From a virus, in IMG/VR virus record IMGVR_UViG_3300045988_139374, positions 160,001 through 224,000 of that record: DNA of 64,000 nucleotides; one strand, 5' to 3'. Positions within the stretch are counted from its first letter, which is position 1. Each line of letters starts with the position of its first letter. The notes under the pieces were generated by a model that worked only from the letters and a program-made list of their open reading frames with translations, did no database searches and was not told the origin of the DNA. This document shows positions 1 to 7,747 of this stretch, in pieces. The translations under genes and the position numbers were made by a program.

Positions 1-41
1 GTCCTATCAGAGAATTTTTAATCAAAAAGGAGTAGTCTATT

Positions 42-1250
42 ATGATGACGAAAAAAGAATTAATTGACTTTTTAGTTGTATCTGGATACACTAGTAAGTT
101 AATTAAAAAGATCAAATATGTTGGAGTAAATTATAAAGGAGAAGATATATTTGAATTTACCCACATTGGTCGCACGATATTGATCAATGCTACCGATCTA
201 GCAAACTATCTCAGAGAATATGGTAGCTATATTAGTAGATATGAAGATGAAGAGAAAGATAGCTTTAAATATTTGTGCCAAAAGTATAGTTCTCATATTC
301 TTGAACCTATTGTAAGATATTGTGATAATATCTTTGATCCAAATGATTATATTGGGTATAGACATGCAGATGATCATTATACATTTGGAAGTTGCACTAT
401 TTTAAAGAATCTTGCAAGTAAAGATTGGAAGTATAAAACTATCAATGCAGAATTTACTCCAAATAATGCAATAAAGTTCTTGACTACTACATATGTATAT
501 ACAATGTGTAGATGCGGAACTGTTAATTATATTACATTAGACGATGCAATGTCTCAATACCCTACATGTACCAAATGTAGTTTGATCAGCCACATTACTT
601 ATCAATTGAATCATGATAGAAGTGAATCTAATTCTAGTATTCACTTCTATGATGCAATTGATATTAATCATTGTAGATTTAAATGTATTAATTGCGGTAC
701 TATATACACTGAAAATATGGAAAGTGTTGTGGTACAAAATAGGAGATATGGTAAATGCGTAGCTTGCTATGCTAAAGAGCAGATTCCGAAAATTATTGGA
801 AAGAAGCATGGCAAACTTACAATAGTTGATGCAGTTCCTGTAATTGATGAGAATGATCATCATATATCTTACTATAATGCAAAATGCAAATGCAAGTGTG
901 GAAGAACTGTATACGCTAAATATGAAATTAGACCTTCTGGGAACAAATTATACGGAACCAGCTGCAAATATTGCGATAAGAAATATCCTGGGTCCATGGA
1001 GGGTATTGATGCTCGTAAAGGAGAGAAGCATGGTAAGTTAAAAATCATAAAGAAAGCATATACATATTACAATGCTGATGGCATTAAAGATTTTAATACT
1101 GTGCAACGTGTAATCTGTCAATGTGAATGTGGAAACTTTACCATAGTTCCATTTAGTGCTCTTAAATTAGGTAAAGTAAAATCTTGTGGTCATTGCGGAA
1201 AGAAAATAACTCTTCCTTTCCCTTATGATTTGTCATTTTATGAAATGTAG
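42..1250 (+). CDS. Cys-rich multi zinc-ribbon repeat protein, function unknown (paralog of 30393..31142)
   Basis: 402-aa ORF; AAGGAG about 11 nt upstream of ATG; repeated modules KHGKLTI/KHGKLKI followed by CxC...CG...CxxC; hairpin terminator follows. Confidence 0.6.
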   Translation: MMTKKELIDFLVVSGYTSKLIKKIKYVGVNYKGEDIFEFTHIGRTILINATDLANYLREYGSYISRYEDEEKDSFKYLCQKYSSHILEPIVRYCDNIFDPNDYIGYRHADDHYTFGSCTILKNLASKDWKYKTINAEFTPNNAIKFLTTTYVYTMCRCGTVNYITLDDAMSQYPTCTKCSLISHITYQLNHDRSESNSSIHFYDAIDINHCRFKCINCGTIYTENMESVVVQNRRYGKCVACYAKEQIPKIIGKKHGKLTIVDAVPVIDENDHHISYYNAKCKCKCGRTVYAKYEIRPSGNKLYGTSCKYCDKKYPGSMEGIDARKGEKHGKLKIIKKAYTYYNADGIKDFNTVQRVICQCECGNFTIVPFSALKLGKVKSCGHCGKKITLPFPYDLSFYEM

Positions 1251-1285
1251 TATAATAAAGAAGGTAAATAATCTTTAATATAAAA

Positions 1286-1325
1286 GGAGTGGATTCCATT
1301 CGCCCACTCCTTTTATTTTTTTTTC
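1286..1325 (+). terminator. rho-independent terminator
   Basis: GGAGTGG 1286-1292 pairs with CCACTCC 1304-1310, followed by T-run. Confidence 0.7.
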
Positions 1326-1330
1326 AAAAA

Positions 1331-1344
1331 GTAGATTAAAATTC
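1331..1344 (+). promoter_or_regulatory. candidate phage promoter box GTAGATTAAAAT
   Basis: ATTAAAAT(A/T)C box recurs at 2622-2631, 6934-6943, 11683-11692, 48807-48816, each time just 3' of a terminator or gene end; here ~50 nt upstream of the fibre ATG. Confidence 0.3.
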
Positions 1345-1394
1345 AACTTCATAGTAATCCATATTGTGATAATGGTAGAATGGGGGTTAAAATA

Positions 1395-2218
1395 ATGGCT
1401 ACAATTAGGCAAATTAAAGTTAAAGATACATTGTATGATATTTCACCGTCTCCTAGTGGTACGCTTGATACCACTACTAAAGATAATGCATTTGCTTCTA
1501 GTGATGTTGCTCAAGCAAGTGCAACTTCTTGGACTGATGTAGCTGCTCTTGCTGCAACTGAAACTAACAAGAGCATGTTCACAAAAGCTACTCAGATGAT
1601 GAAAAATACCAGATACCTATATAATATTATTGGTACTGGTTTTAGTACTTCTAGTACTATTAAGAAAGCTATTGATGGAAAAGCAGCATCTAATCATAGT
1701 CATGATCTGAGTGCTATGATCAATGGACTTTCTGTTGGATCTGCTACTCCTCAAGATGCGGATTATTATGTGTGCCAATATGCGGGGGGGGGAACACCAC
1801 TTCCACATATCATAGAAGGCCGATGACTGCTCTTTGGGATTATATTAAGTCTAAAGGAAATAGTACTTGGCAACCTAAAGGAAGCTATGCTGCTGCAAAC
1901 CATAGTCACAATTATGCAGGATCTGGAAGTGCTGGTGGATCTGCAAATAGTGCAGTAAAGTTGGATACAGCAACTGCTGGTTCTACTACTCAACCTGTAT
2001 ACTTTAGTGGTGGTAAACCTGTAGCAATTGGATATACTATTGCTAAGAGCGTTCCTGCTGATGCTAATTTTAGTAATACTTGGCGTGGAATTCAGAATAA
2101 TCTTACTTCTACAGCAACAGATCAGTCCCTATCTGCTGCTCAGGGTAAAATTTTGAAAGATGCTCTTGATAAAAAGACTGGAGTTAGTGTATCTGGTACC
2201 ACTGTAGTATTTGGATAA
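1395..2218 (+). CDS. tail fibre protein with HxH motifs; reading frame broken at a G9 tract
   Basis: Track ORFs 1380..1826 and 1772..2218 overlap at G9 (1784-1792). The joined product reads ...YYVCQYAGGG|NTTSTYHRRP.... N-terminal ~110 aa are paralogous to 3172..4431 (FASSDVAQ, RYLYN, GTGFST, NHSH). ATG at 1395 follows GGGGG. Confidence 0.7.
1784..1792 (+). repeat. G9 homopolymer at the frame junction of the fibre gene
   Basis: Counted directly: gcGGGGGGGGGaacacc; +1 G or -2 G (or a -1 slip) fuses the two frames. Confidence 0.9.
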
Positions 2219-2234
2219 TAAATATTATAAATAA

Positions 2235-2276
2235 AATTCCCATAGGATTTTTATATCCTATGGGATTCTTTTATAA
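2235..2276 (+). terminator. rho-independent terminator after fibre gene
   Basis: AATTCCCATAGGA 2235-2247 pairs with TCCTATGGGATT 2256-2267, then CTTTTAT; identical copy at 11765-11806. Confidence 0.7.
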
Positions 2277-2570
2277 TCTGACGCTTCTATTAAGATCAAA
2301 ACAAAGTCTGGAAAATTTTCATATAGTAGCACTTACGGAAGAAATTATACATTTTATGATTATGAAGGAATATTTATTTCTGCATCAATTGACGGTATTG
2401 CATTTAACAATGATAATTATTTGTATAATTTGTATTATCCATCATTATATTCAATTCGTGTTAGTGATAAATATATTATTAAATCTTTCAATATTATAAG
2501 TTCTGATTCAGGAGGAAATAATATTTCTGGTATTGGAGATAATTTAAACATTATTATTTGCTATATTTAA
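2277..2570 (+). other. start-less fibre-tip-like cassette C1 (97 codons)
   Basis: Signal TGACGCTTCTATTAAG at 2279-2294. Frame TCT GAC GCT... gives SDASIKIKTKSGKF...NLNIIICYI-stop. TAA lies directly upstream in frame; no RBS or start codon. Confidence 0.6.
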
Positions 2571-2577
2571 AATTATT

Positions 2578-2612
2578 CAATAGAGAAATCTCTATTGGTT
2601 TTATTTTTTTTT
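2578..2612 (+). terminator. rho-independent terminator
   Basis: CAATAGAGA/TCTCTATTG palindrome 2578-2597 followed by T-run. Confidence 0.55.
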
Positions 2613-2634
2613 GTAGAATATATTAAAATACAAT

Positions 2635-3015
2635 AATCTGACGCTATTACGAAGTAGTCTGAGAAATCTGCCAAACCTCTATAAAAGGGCCTAAAATGGG
2701 CATTTTAAGAGGGTAAAATCGAGTGATTTTACACTTATTTTCAGTACTAAAAATTCAATTCAAGATAATAAATGTTTGATCAATAATCAATCTTAATTTA
2801 AAATATATAACAATATGGTAATGAAAGATGGTAGAAAAATCTTTTACCTTTAACAGCAGACACACAAACTATCTTTCATACATGAAGCATTCGATTTAAG
2901 ATTTATTGTGAAGACCGCTTTTAAGAGAGTCCCTTGGACTATAAACTGTGAAGACTTCGTTTAAGAAAATCAGATAAATCCATATCCAAGCCATTAAATG
3001 TAGTAGCGTCAGATT
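2635..3015. repeat. 16-bp inverted repeats (variant cassette signals) bounding a 349-bp non-coding segment
   Basis: AATCTGACGCTATTAC 2635-2650 versus the reverse complement of 3000-3015 (AATCTGACGCTACTAC): 15/16 match. Confidence 0.8.
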
Positions 3016-3065
3016 AAAATTGTGAAGCCTGCTTATATAGATTTTTGTGAAGACGACGGTTAAGA
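2882..3065 (+). repeat. five direct repeats of type GTGAAGAC-N5-TTAAGA
   Basis: R0 2882-2901, R1 2908-2926, R2 2948-2966, R3 3022-3041, R4 3047-3065; R1, R2 and R4 are each exactly 19 nt (GTGAAGAC N5 TTAAGA). Confidence 0.7.
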
Positions 3066-3073
3066 TTATTACT

Positions 3074-3111
3074 CGGTGTGGTCTTTATGATCACCCCGGA
3101 ATTTCTTTTTT
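3074..3111 (+). terminator. rho-independent terminator closing the non-coding module
   Basis: CGGTGTGGTC 3074-3083 pairs with GATCACCCCG 3089-3098 (9 of 10 positions), then a T-run. Confidence 0.5.
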
Positions 3112-3171
3112 AACAAAATATCACTATAAATAGCCCAAAATGGGTAATTTTAAGAAAGGAAATTTAATTTT

Positions 3172-4431
3172 ATGGCTATAATTGATAAAATTAAGGTTGG
3201 TAGCACTACCTATGATGTGTCGCCTTCTGCTTCTGGTACTCTGAACACTACTGGCACTACTAAGTTTGCTTCTAGTGACGTTGCTCAGGGAAATGCAACT
3301 GGCTGGACTAATGTAGATCAGATGACCACTGCTGATAACCATGCTACTCTGTTTACTAAGATCACTCAGATGGCAAAGAACGTCCGCTATCTGTACAATG
3401 TTCTTGGTACTGGCTTCTCCACTGGTTCTACTGTTAAGGGTCAGATTGATGGAAAAGCAGCAGCTAATCACTCTCACAAGGTTGCTCAACTGCCTACTTC
3501 TAGTACTCAAGTTAACTCCAATGACTATATTCCTACTTCTGCTCTGATCTATTCTATGAATCAGACTCTAACTTCGCTAAATGACGCTAGTAATAAACTT
3601 GGAGTCAGGATTTATAATACTAAATATGCAGTTGGAGGTATTCCTACCAAATCCCAATTTGCTGCAACTGACACTGTACAAAGCATTATTATTAAAATGC
3701 TAGGAGATATGGGTCAGAAACCCATTGACTCTTCTACACCTAATACAAGATATAAGTCTCAGAATCTTGGTACTTGGTCTAGTGTTAGTGATGTAGATAA
3801 TTTTCTTTATAGTTGTTGTCATGATACTGGTTATTATGGTGCTACTATTGGTAGTTATGTTACGATTAAAGATGGTGTATATAATAAAGAATGGATTATT
3901 GCTGGTTTTGATTGTGAAAAGAATCATAAAGCTTCCGATGGCAATACAAAGGATAATGGATATGGTATATGCTTAATACCTAAGAAGAGCTTAGGTAATT
4001 ATGTATGGGATTCTAATTCTATTATAAATGGATACAACGGATCTGAAATGCATAAGTCTACATTACCTGTAGTTGCGAATAATCTTAGAAAAGTATTAGG
4101 AAATCATCTTGTACAGCGTAATGTCCTTCTGAGTAATGCTGTAGATTCTAACTATTATGCTAAAGGCTATTTTTGGACTACTGCATATTGTACTCTTATG
4201 AGTACAGGACAAGTAACTGGTACATTTGCTTCTAATAGAAACAAGTATGATGATGGAGAAGCTAATTATAAACTTCCTTTGTTTAATTATGAAATATGGA
4301 GTTTTGATACCTGGGCCTGGTTGCGAGGGCTATTCGGCTACGGTGTCTATGGCCTTACCACTTCTGGTGGTTCTGGTTATGACATCTGTTACGTTAGTCA
4401 CGGTCTTCGCCCGCTCATTTATATTAGGTAA
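3172..4431 (+). CDS. DGR target: tail fibre / receptor-binding protein with C-terminal variable region
   Basis: 419-aa ORF. The N-terminus is paralogous to fibre 1395..2218 and includes NHSH. The C-terminus WAWLRGLFGYGVYGLTTSGGSGYDICYVSHGLRPLIYIR-stop resembles the CLec/FGE-type VR scaffold; the VR lies within the last ~115 nt of the ORF. Confidence 0.85.
   Translation: MAIIDKIKVGSTTYDVSPSASGTLNTTGTTKFASSDVAQGNATGWTNVDQMTTADNHATLFTKITQMAKNVRYLYNVLGTGFSTGSTVKGQIDGKAAANHSHKVAQLPTSSTQVNSNDYIPTSALIYSMNQTLTSLNDASNKLGVRIYNTKYAVGGIPTKSQFAATDTVQSIIIKMLGDMGQKPIDSSTPNTRYKSQNLGTWSSVSDVDNFLYSCCHDTGYYGATIGSYVTIKDGVYNKEWIIAGFDCEKNHKASDGNTKDNGYGICLIPKKSLGNYVWDSNSIINGYNGSEMHKSTLPVVANNLRKVLGNHLVQRNVLLSNAVDSNYYAKGYFWTTAYCTLMSTGQVTGTFASNRNKYDDGEANYKLPLFNYEIWSFDTWAWLRGLFGYGVYGLTTSGGSGYDICYVSHGLRPLIYIR
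4317..4417 (+). repeat. DGR variable region (VR)
   Basis: 101 nt align to TR with 12 mismatches, every one opposite a TR adenine. Confidence 0.9.
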
Positions 4432-4437
4432 TGGAAC

Positions 4438-4456
4438 TAGCCACCTTGTGTGGCTA
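4438..4456 (+). promoter_or_regulatory. hairpin just 3' of VR (candidate DGR homing-enhancing hairpin/cruciform)
   Basis: TAGCCAC 4438-4444 / loop CTTGT / GTGGCTA 4450-4456, about 20 nt after the VR end and 7 nt after the stop codon. Confidence 0.5.
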
Positions 4457-4537
4457 AGTGGAATTACCGTAATATAAATGAAAGGTGAAGGCTTAACGAG
4501 TAAATATATTATTAATATAAAATAAGAGGTGGTTTGT

Positions 4538-5347
4538 GTGTCTGTCGTTAAGGGTAAAAGAAATCAATCTGATGTTGAATATTTTGATTATGCATATAAA
4601 GTTGTGGAGCATATAACTAAATTTCTTTTATCTGATCTTGGGATTAAGAAAACTTATAGAGACTTAAAAGTTTTTACTTATAAATCTCATATGGAGGAAG
4701 CTGATAAAGAAGAATTTGAGCATTTAGTAAATAAGTATGATTTGGAATTGGAAACAGATTTTCCTAATTGGCTAATGTGCTATTATAGAGAAACATTATT
4801 AACAATCATGAGAGATCTAATCAATAATATATCTGCAGCTTATACACTATATCCAAATTCTGTTTATGAATTTAATATCAAGAAACAGTATATTTCTGAT
4901 TCTATAGCTAATTGTTTCGATTTAAAACATCAACTCCAATTAGTAATTAGAATATTTCCAGCAAATATGAAGAAATATATTCCATTTGTAAAAGAAATCG
5001 ATAAGGAAATAGAGCTTCTTAAACAGTGGCGAAAGAACTTTACAGGAATTTCTAAGAAGCATTGCTACAATCAAGATGAAATCGCTAAGAGAGATGCTAT
5101 TAAGAGAGTAAATAAGATTGAAGCAAAGAATGAGCGTAAACTTCAAGTGAACAATAATTTCCTTGTAGAATATATGAAAGCAGTTTACACTCAACAAGTG
5201 CTTATGGATAATCTATATCATACAACCTTCTATTATAATCAGCAAAATCAGTATTGCTCCGAACTGCCTATTGCAGCTTGTACATTCTTTGATCAAAATG
5301 GATATTATATTGGAGATTCTGCTCATGATTTTGTTACAACTAACTAA
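4538..5347 (+). CDS. candidate DGR accessory protein (Avd-like by position), otherwise hypothetical
   Basis: ORF lies between the target gene and TR. In-frame GTG at 4538 follows AAGAGGTGG. Predicted helical and basic. At ~270 aa it is longer than a typical Avd. Confidence 0.5.
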   Translation: MSVVKGKRNQSDVEYFDYAYKVVEHITKFLLSDLGIKKTYRDLKVFTYKSHMEEADKEEFEHLVNKYDLELETDFPNWLMCYYRETLLTIMRDLINNISAAYTLYPNSVYEFNIKKQYISDSIANCFDLKHQLQLVIRIFPANMKKYIPFVKEIDKEIELLKQWRKNFTGISKKHCYNQDEIAKRDAIKRVNKIEAKNERKLQVNNNFLVEYMKAVYTQQVLMDNLYHTTFYYNQQNQYCSELPIAACTFFDQNGYYIGDSAHDFVTTN

Positions 5348-5378
5348 ATAGTAAGGTGACTCTCTATAAATAATCTCG

Positions 5379-5497
5379 CTGGTTGCGAGGGCTATACGGC
5401 AACAACAACCTCAACAACAACAATGTCTATGGCCTTACCACTTCTGGTGGTTCTGATTATAACAACTGTAACAATAGTAACGGTCTTCGCCCGATCA
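5379..5497 (+). repeat. DGR template region (TR)
   Basis: 119 nt, AAC/AAT-rich (WLRGLYGNNNLNNNNVYGLTTSGGSDYNNCNNSNGLRPIN in the VR frame), intergenic between avd-like gene and RT. Confidence 0.9.
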
Positions 5498-5651
5498 ACA
5501 GCATCTTGGCAATTTAAGGATCGAAAGATCTGGCCAGGATGTCTGTATGAGGAGGGAGTTCCCTTTCCGAAAGGAAGAAACAATAAAGCTGGCTACGGTT
5601 CTGGCATTACGATGCTGAATCTATTGGGCTGGTATATTTTTTTTTATTTTT

Positions 5652-6938
5652 ATGATTATTGATTTTAGTAATGAAGATTGGGGCGAAAATCCCTGTGAAT
5701 ATACTGAAGGAAAATTAGATTCTATTGCAGATCCAGATAAATTATATCAATCTTATAGAAAAGCTTCTAAACCAATTTATTATAAAGCATCTACTCAAAG
5801 ATATGGATTAAATCTATTATCTAATATTGCTATTGCAAATGAAGCATTAAATAATGGATCTTATAAAATTGGAGATCCATATGAATTTATTCTCACAGAA
5901 CGCGGTAGAATTAGATATGTAAAAGCATTATATATGTTTGATCAAGTAGTGCAGAGATCTTTCAATGATAATGTATTAAATCCTGCTATTGCTAATAAGA
6001 TGATTTATGATAATGGAGCTTGTGTAAAAGGAAAAGGTGTTGCTTTTACAAGAATGAGATTTAAGCAGCATCTACAACAAGCATATTATCAATTTGGATA
6101 TGATGGTTATATAATGATCATCGATTTTTCTAAATATTTTGATAATATTCTTCATCAAGAAGCTTTAAAACAATTCGAACCTCTATTAACGCCAGAAGAA
6201 TACAATTTTCTTAAAATTACTTTTGATACATTCAAACTAGATGTATCTTATATGTCAGATGCAGAATATCTAGAAGCTAGAGATTCTCTGTTTAATCTTC
6301 TAGAATATTCTATGATGGCAAAAGAAAATTTCAAAGGATTAAAGCTTCTTGAAAAGTCTGTTGGAATTGGTAATCAAACTTCTCAAGGAACTGGAATGTA
6401 CTATCCTCATGAAATAGACAATTATGTGACTATAGTAAGAGGATATGGATTATATGGAAGGCATATGGATGATACATATGTATTTGCTAAAACTAAAGAA
6501 GAATTACAACAACTTCTTGAAGAAATAAAAGAATTGTGTAAGAATCTTGGAATTCATATTAATCTTAAGAAAACTAGAATAGAACCCATCAAGAATACAA
6601 TTTCATATCTTAAAATAAATTATAAAATTATTGAAACTGGAAGAGTATTTGAATTAGTCCCAAATAAAGTATTTAAAAGAGAAAAAGATAAATTAACAAA
6701 ATATAGGGATCTTTGCATTCAATATAAAATGACTGCTATTACAGTTCTTCAATGTTATCTTAGTTGGAGAGGTGTATATAATAAATTTGATTCTAAAAGA
6801 AAAATATATGCACTGGATTGCTATTTTAAAGATCTTTATTGTTTAGGATTTAGAGATACAAATCTATATGATTTGTTGCATTTCTATATGCGTGTAGAAA
6901 GAGAGAAATTAAATAACTATCCAGTCATGAAATATTAA
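5652..6938 (+). CDS. DGR reverse transcriptase
   Basis: IIDFSKYFDNI (motif A-like), VGIGNQTSQ (the DGR-typical [I/L]GNxxSQ), YGRHMDDTYVF (YxDD box). Confidence 0.9.
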   Translation: MIIDFSNEDWGENPCEYTEGKLDSIADPDKLYQSYRKASKPIYYKASTQRYGLNLLSNIAIANEALNNGSYKIGDPYEFILTERGRIRYVKALYMFDQVVQRSFNDNVLNPAIANKMIYDNGACVKGKGVAFTRMRFKQHLQQAYYQFGYDGYIMIIDFSKYFDNILHQEALKQFEPLLTPEEYNFLKITFDTFKLDVSYMSDAEYLEARDSLFNLLEYSMMAKENFKGLKLLEKSVGIGNQTSQGTGMYYPHEIDNYVTIVRGYGLYGRHMDDTYVFAKTKEELQQLLEEIKELCKNLGIHINLKKTRIEPIKNTISYLKINYKIIETGRVFELVPNKVFKREKDKLTKYRDLCIQYKMTAITVLQCYLSWRGVYNKFDSKRKIYALDCYFKDLYCLGFRDTNLYDLLHFYMRVEREKLNNYPVMKY

Positions 6939-6943
6939 AATAC

Positions 6944-6980
6944 TAGGTAAGGAATTTATTTCCTTACCTATTTTATTTTT
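6944..6980 (+). terminator. rho-independent terminator
   Basis: TAGGTAAGGAA 6944-6954 pairs with TTCCTTACCTA 6960-6970, followed by T-run. Confidence 0.7.
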
Positions 6981-7026
6981 AATTTTTTATTTGACAATTA
7001 ATTACTAAATTTAAGGAGGCTTATAT

Positions 7027-7617
7027 ATGTCCGACAAACGTACTGATTACATTTCTAAAGATCAAATGTATATGGGAATTGCTCAACTTGCTGCAATGAG
7101 ATCTAAAGATCCTAATTCTCAAGTTGGTGCAGTTTTTGTATCTTCTAATGATCGTATCCTTAGCATTGGTTATAATGGATTTCCTAATGGAATTTCTGAT
7201 GATGAATTCCCTTGGGCAAGAGAAGCTGAATCTGAAGAGAATACTAAATATCCTTATGTAGTTCATGCAGAAGAAAATGCTATTCTTAACTTCCGTGGAG
7301 ACCTTTCTGCTTTTAAAGGCTCTACTCTTTACGTAACAATGTTTCCTTGCCATAACTGTACGAAGGCTCTTATTCAAGTTGGCGTTAAGCATATTTATTA
7401 TGGTATTAATAAATATCCTGATACGGCAGATTTTAGAGAAGCTACTAGAATGCTTGATGCTGTTGGAATCAAGTATGAACAACTGGTCAATGATATGATT
7501 ATTATATCAACAAAAGATTTTATTGATGCTTTTAATAATCTATCAGATAAATCAAGAGATTTAACAGATCTAACAGGGTTTGTTGATAGGATGAATTTTC
7601 CTGAGTATTATAAATAA
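7027..7617 (+). CDS. dCMP deaminase (cytidine/deoxycytidylate deaminase fold)
   Basis: VVHAEENAI and MFPCHNCTKALIQVG (HAE...PCxxC zinc motifs); AAGGAGG RBS. Confidence 0.8.
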   Translation: MSDKRTDYISKDQMYMGIAQLAAMRSKDPNSQVGAVFVSSNDRILSIGYNGFPNGISDDEFPWAREAESEENTKYPYVVHAEENAILNFRGDLSAFKGSTLYVTMFPCHNCTKALIQVGVKHIYYGINKYPDTADFREATRMLDAVGIKYEQLVNDMIIISTKDFIDAFNNLSDKSRDLTDLTGFVDRMNFPEYYK

Positions 7618-7747
7618 TTCTTAAAATTTCTTTTGAGGATATATTATAATATTGATAGAAAGGAGTGGTAATATGATTAGGCCACCGTAACAATAGTATT
7701 CTTAAATCTCCAAAAGTATAAAATCACTAAGGAGGATAATTTCAAAC

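Larger units (their letters stand above)
3172..6938 (+). mobile_element. diversity-generating retroelement (target - avd-like - TR - RT)
   Basis: Canonical gene order; TR/VR pair with adenine-only substitutions; RT carries DGR-type motifs. Confidence 0.9.

Noticed and set aside
2277-2294. S-D-x-x-x-K at cassette heads as the Ser/Lys dyad of an S74-type intramolecular chaperone autoprotease.
   Set aside because: The first residue varies (S, N, F, Y), and the downstream sequence lacks the helical chaperone hallmarks and is much more diverse. Conservation is at the nucleotide level.
2216-2499. T4 gene-60-style translational bypass or a mini-intron joining the fibre ORF (take-off GGA followed by TAA, then a hairpin) to the downstream cassette. 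Track ORF 2260..2499 reads through the signal.
   Set aside because: Landing on either downstream GGA (2244 or 2263) enters the N-L-T-L-L-L frame, which is hydrophobic junk, not the conserved DASIK frame. The second copy of the same junction (11746-11816) carries an 8-nt insertion that changes the frame and meets a stop. No consistent donor/acceptor relationship exists.
4226-5662. Track ORFs 4226..4477 and 5423..5662 sharing MALPLLVVL, and 5392..5583 on the minus strand.
   Set aside because: These are alternative-frame readings of the VR and TR repeats, and their similarity simply reflects the TR/VR homology. None has an RBS.
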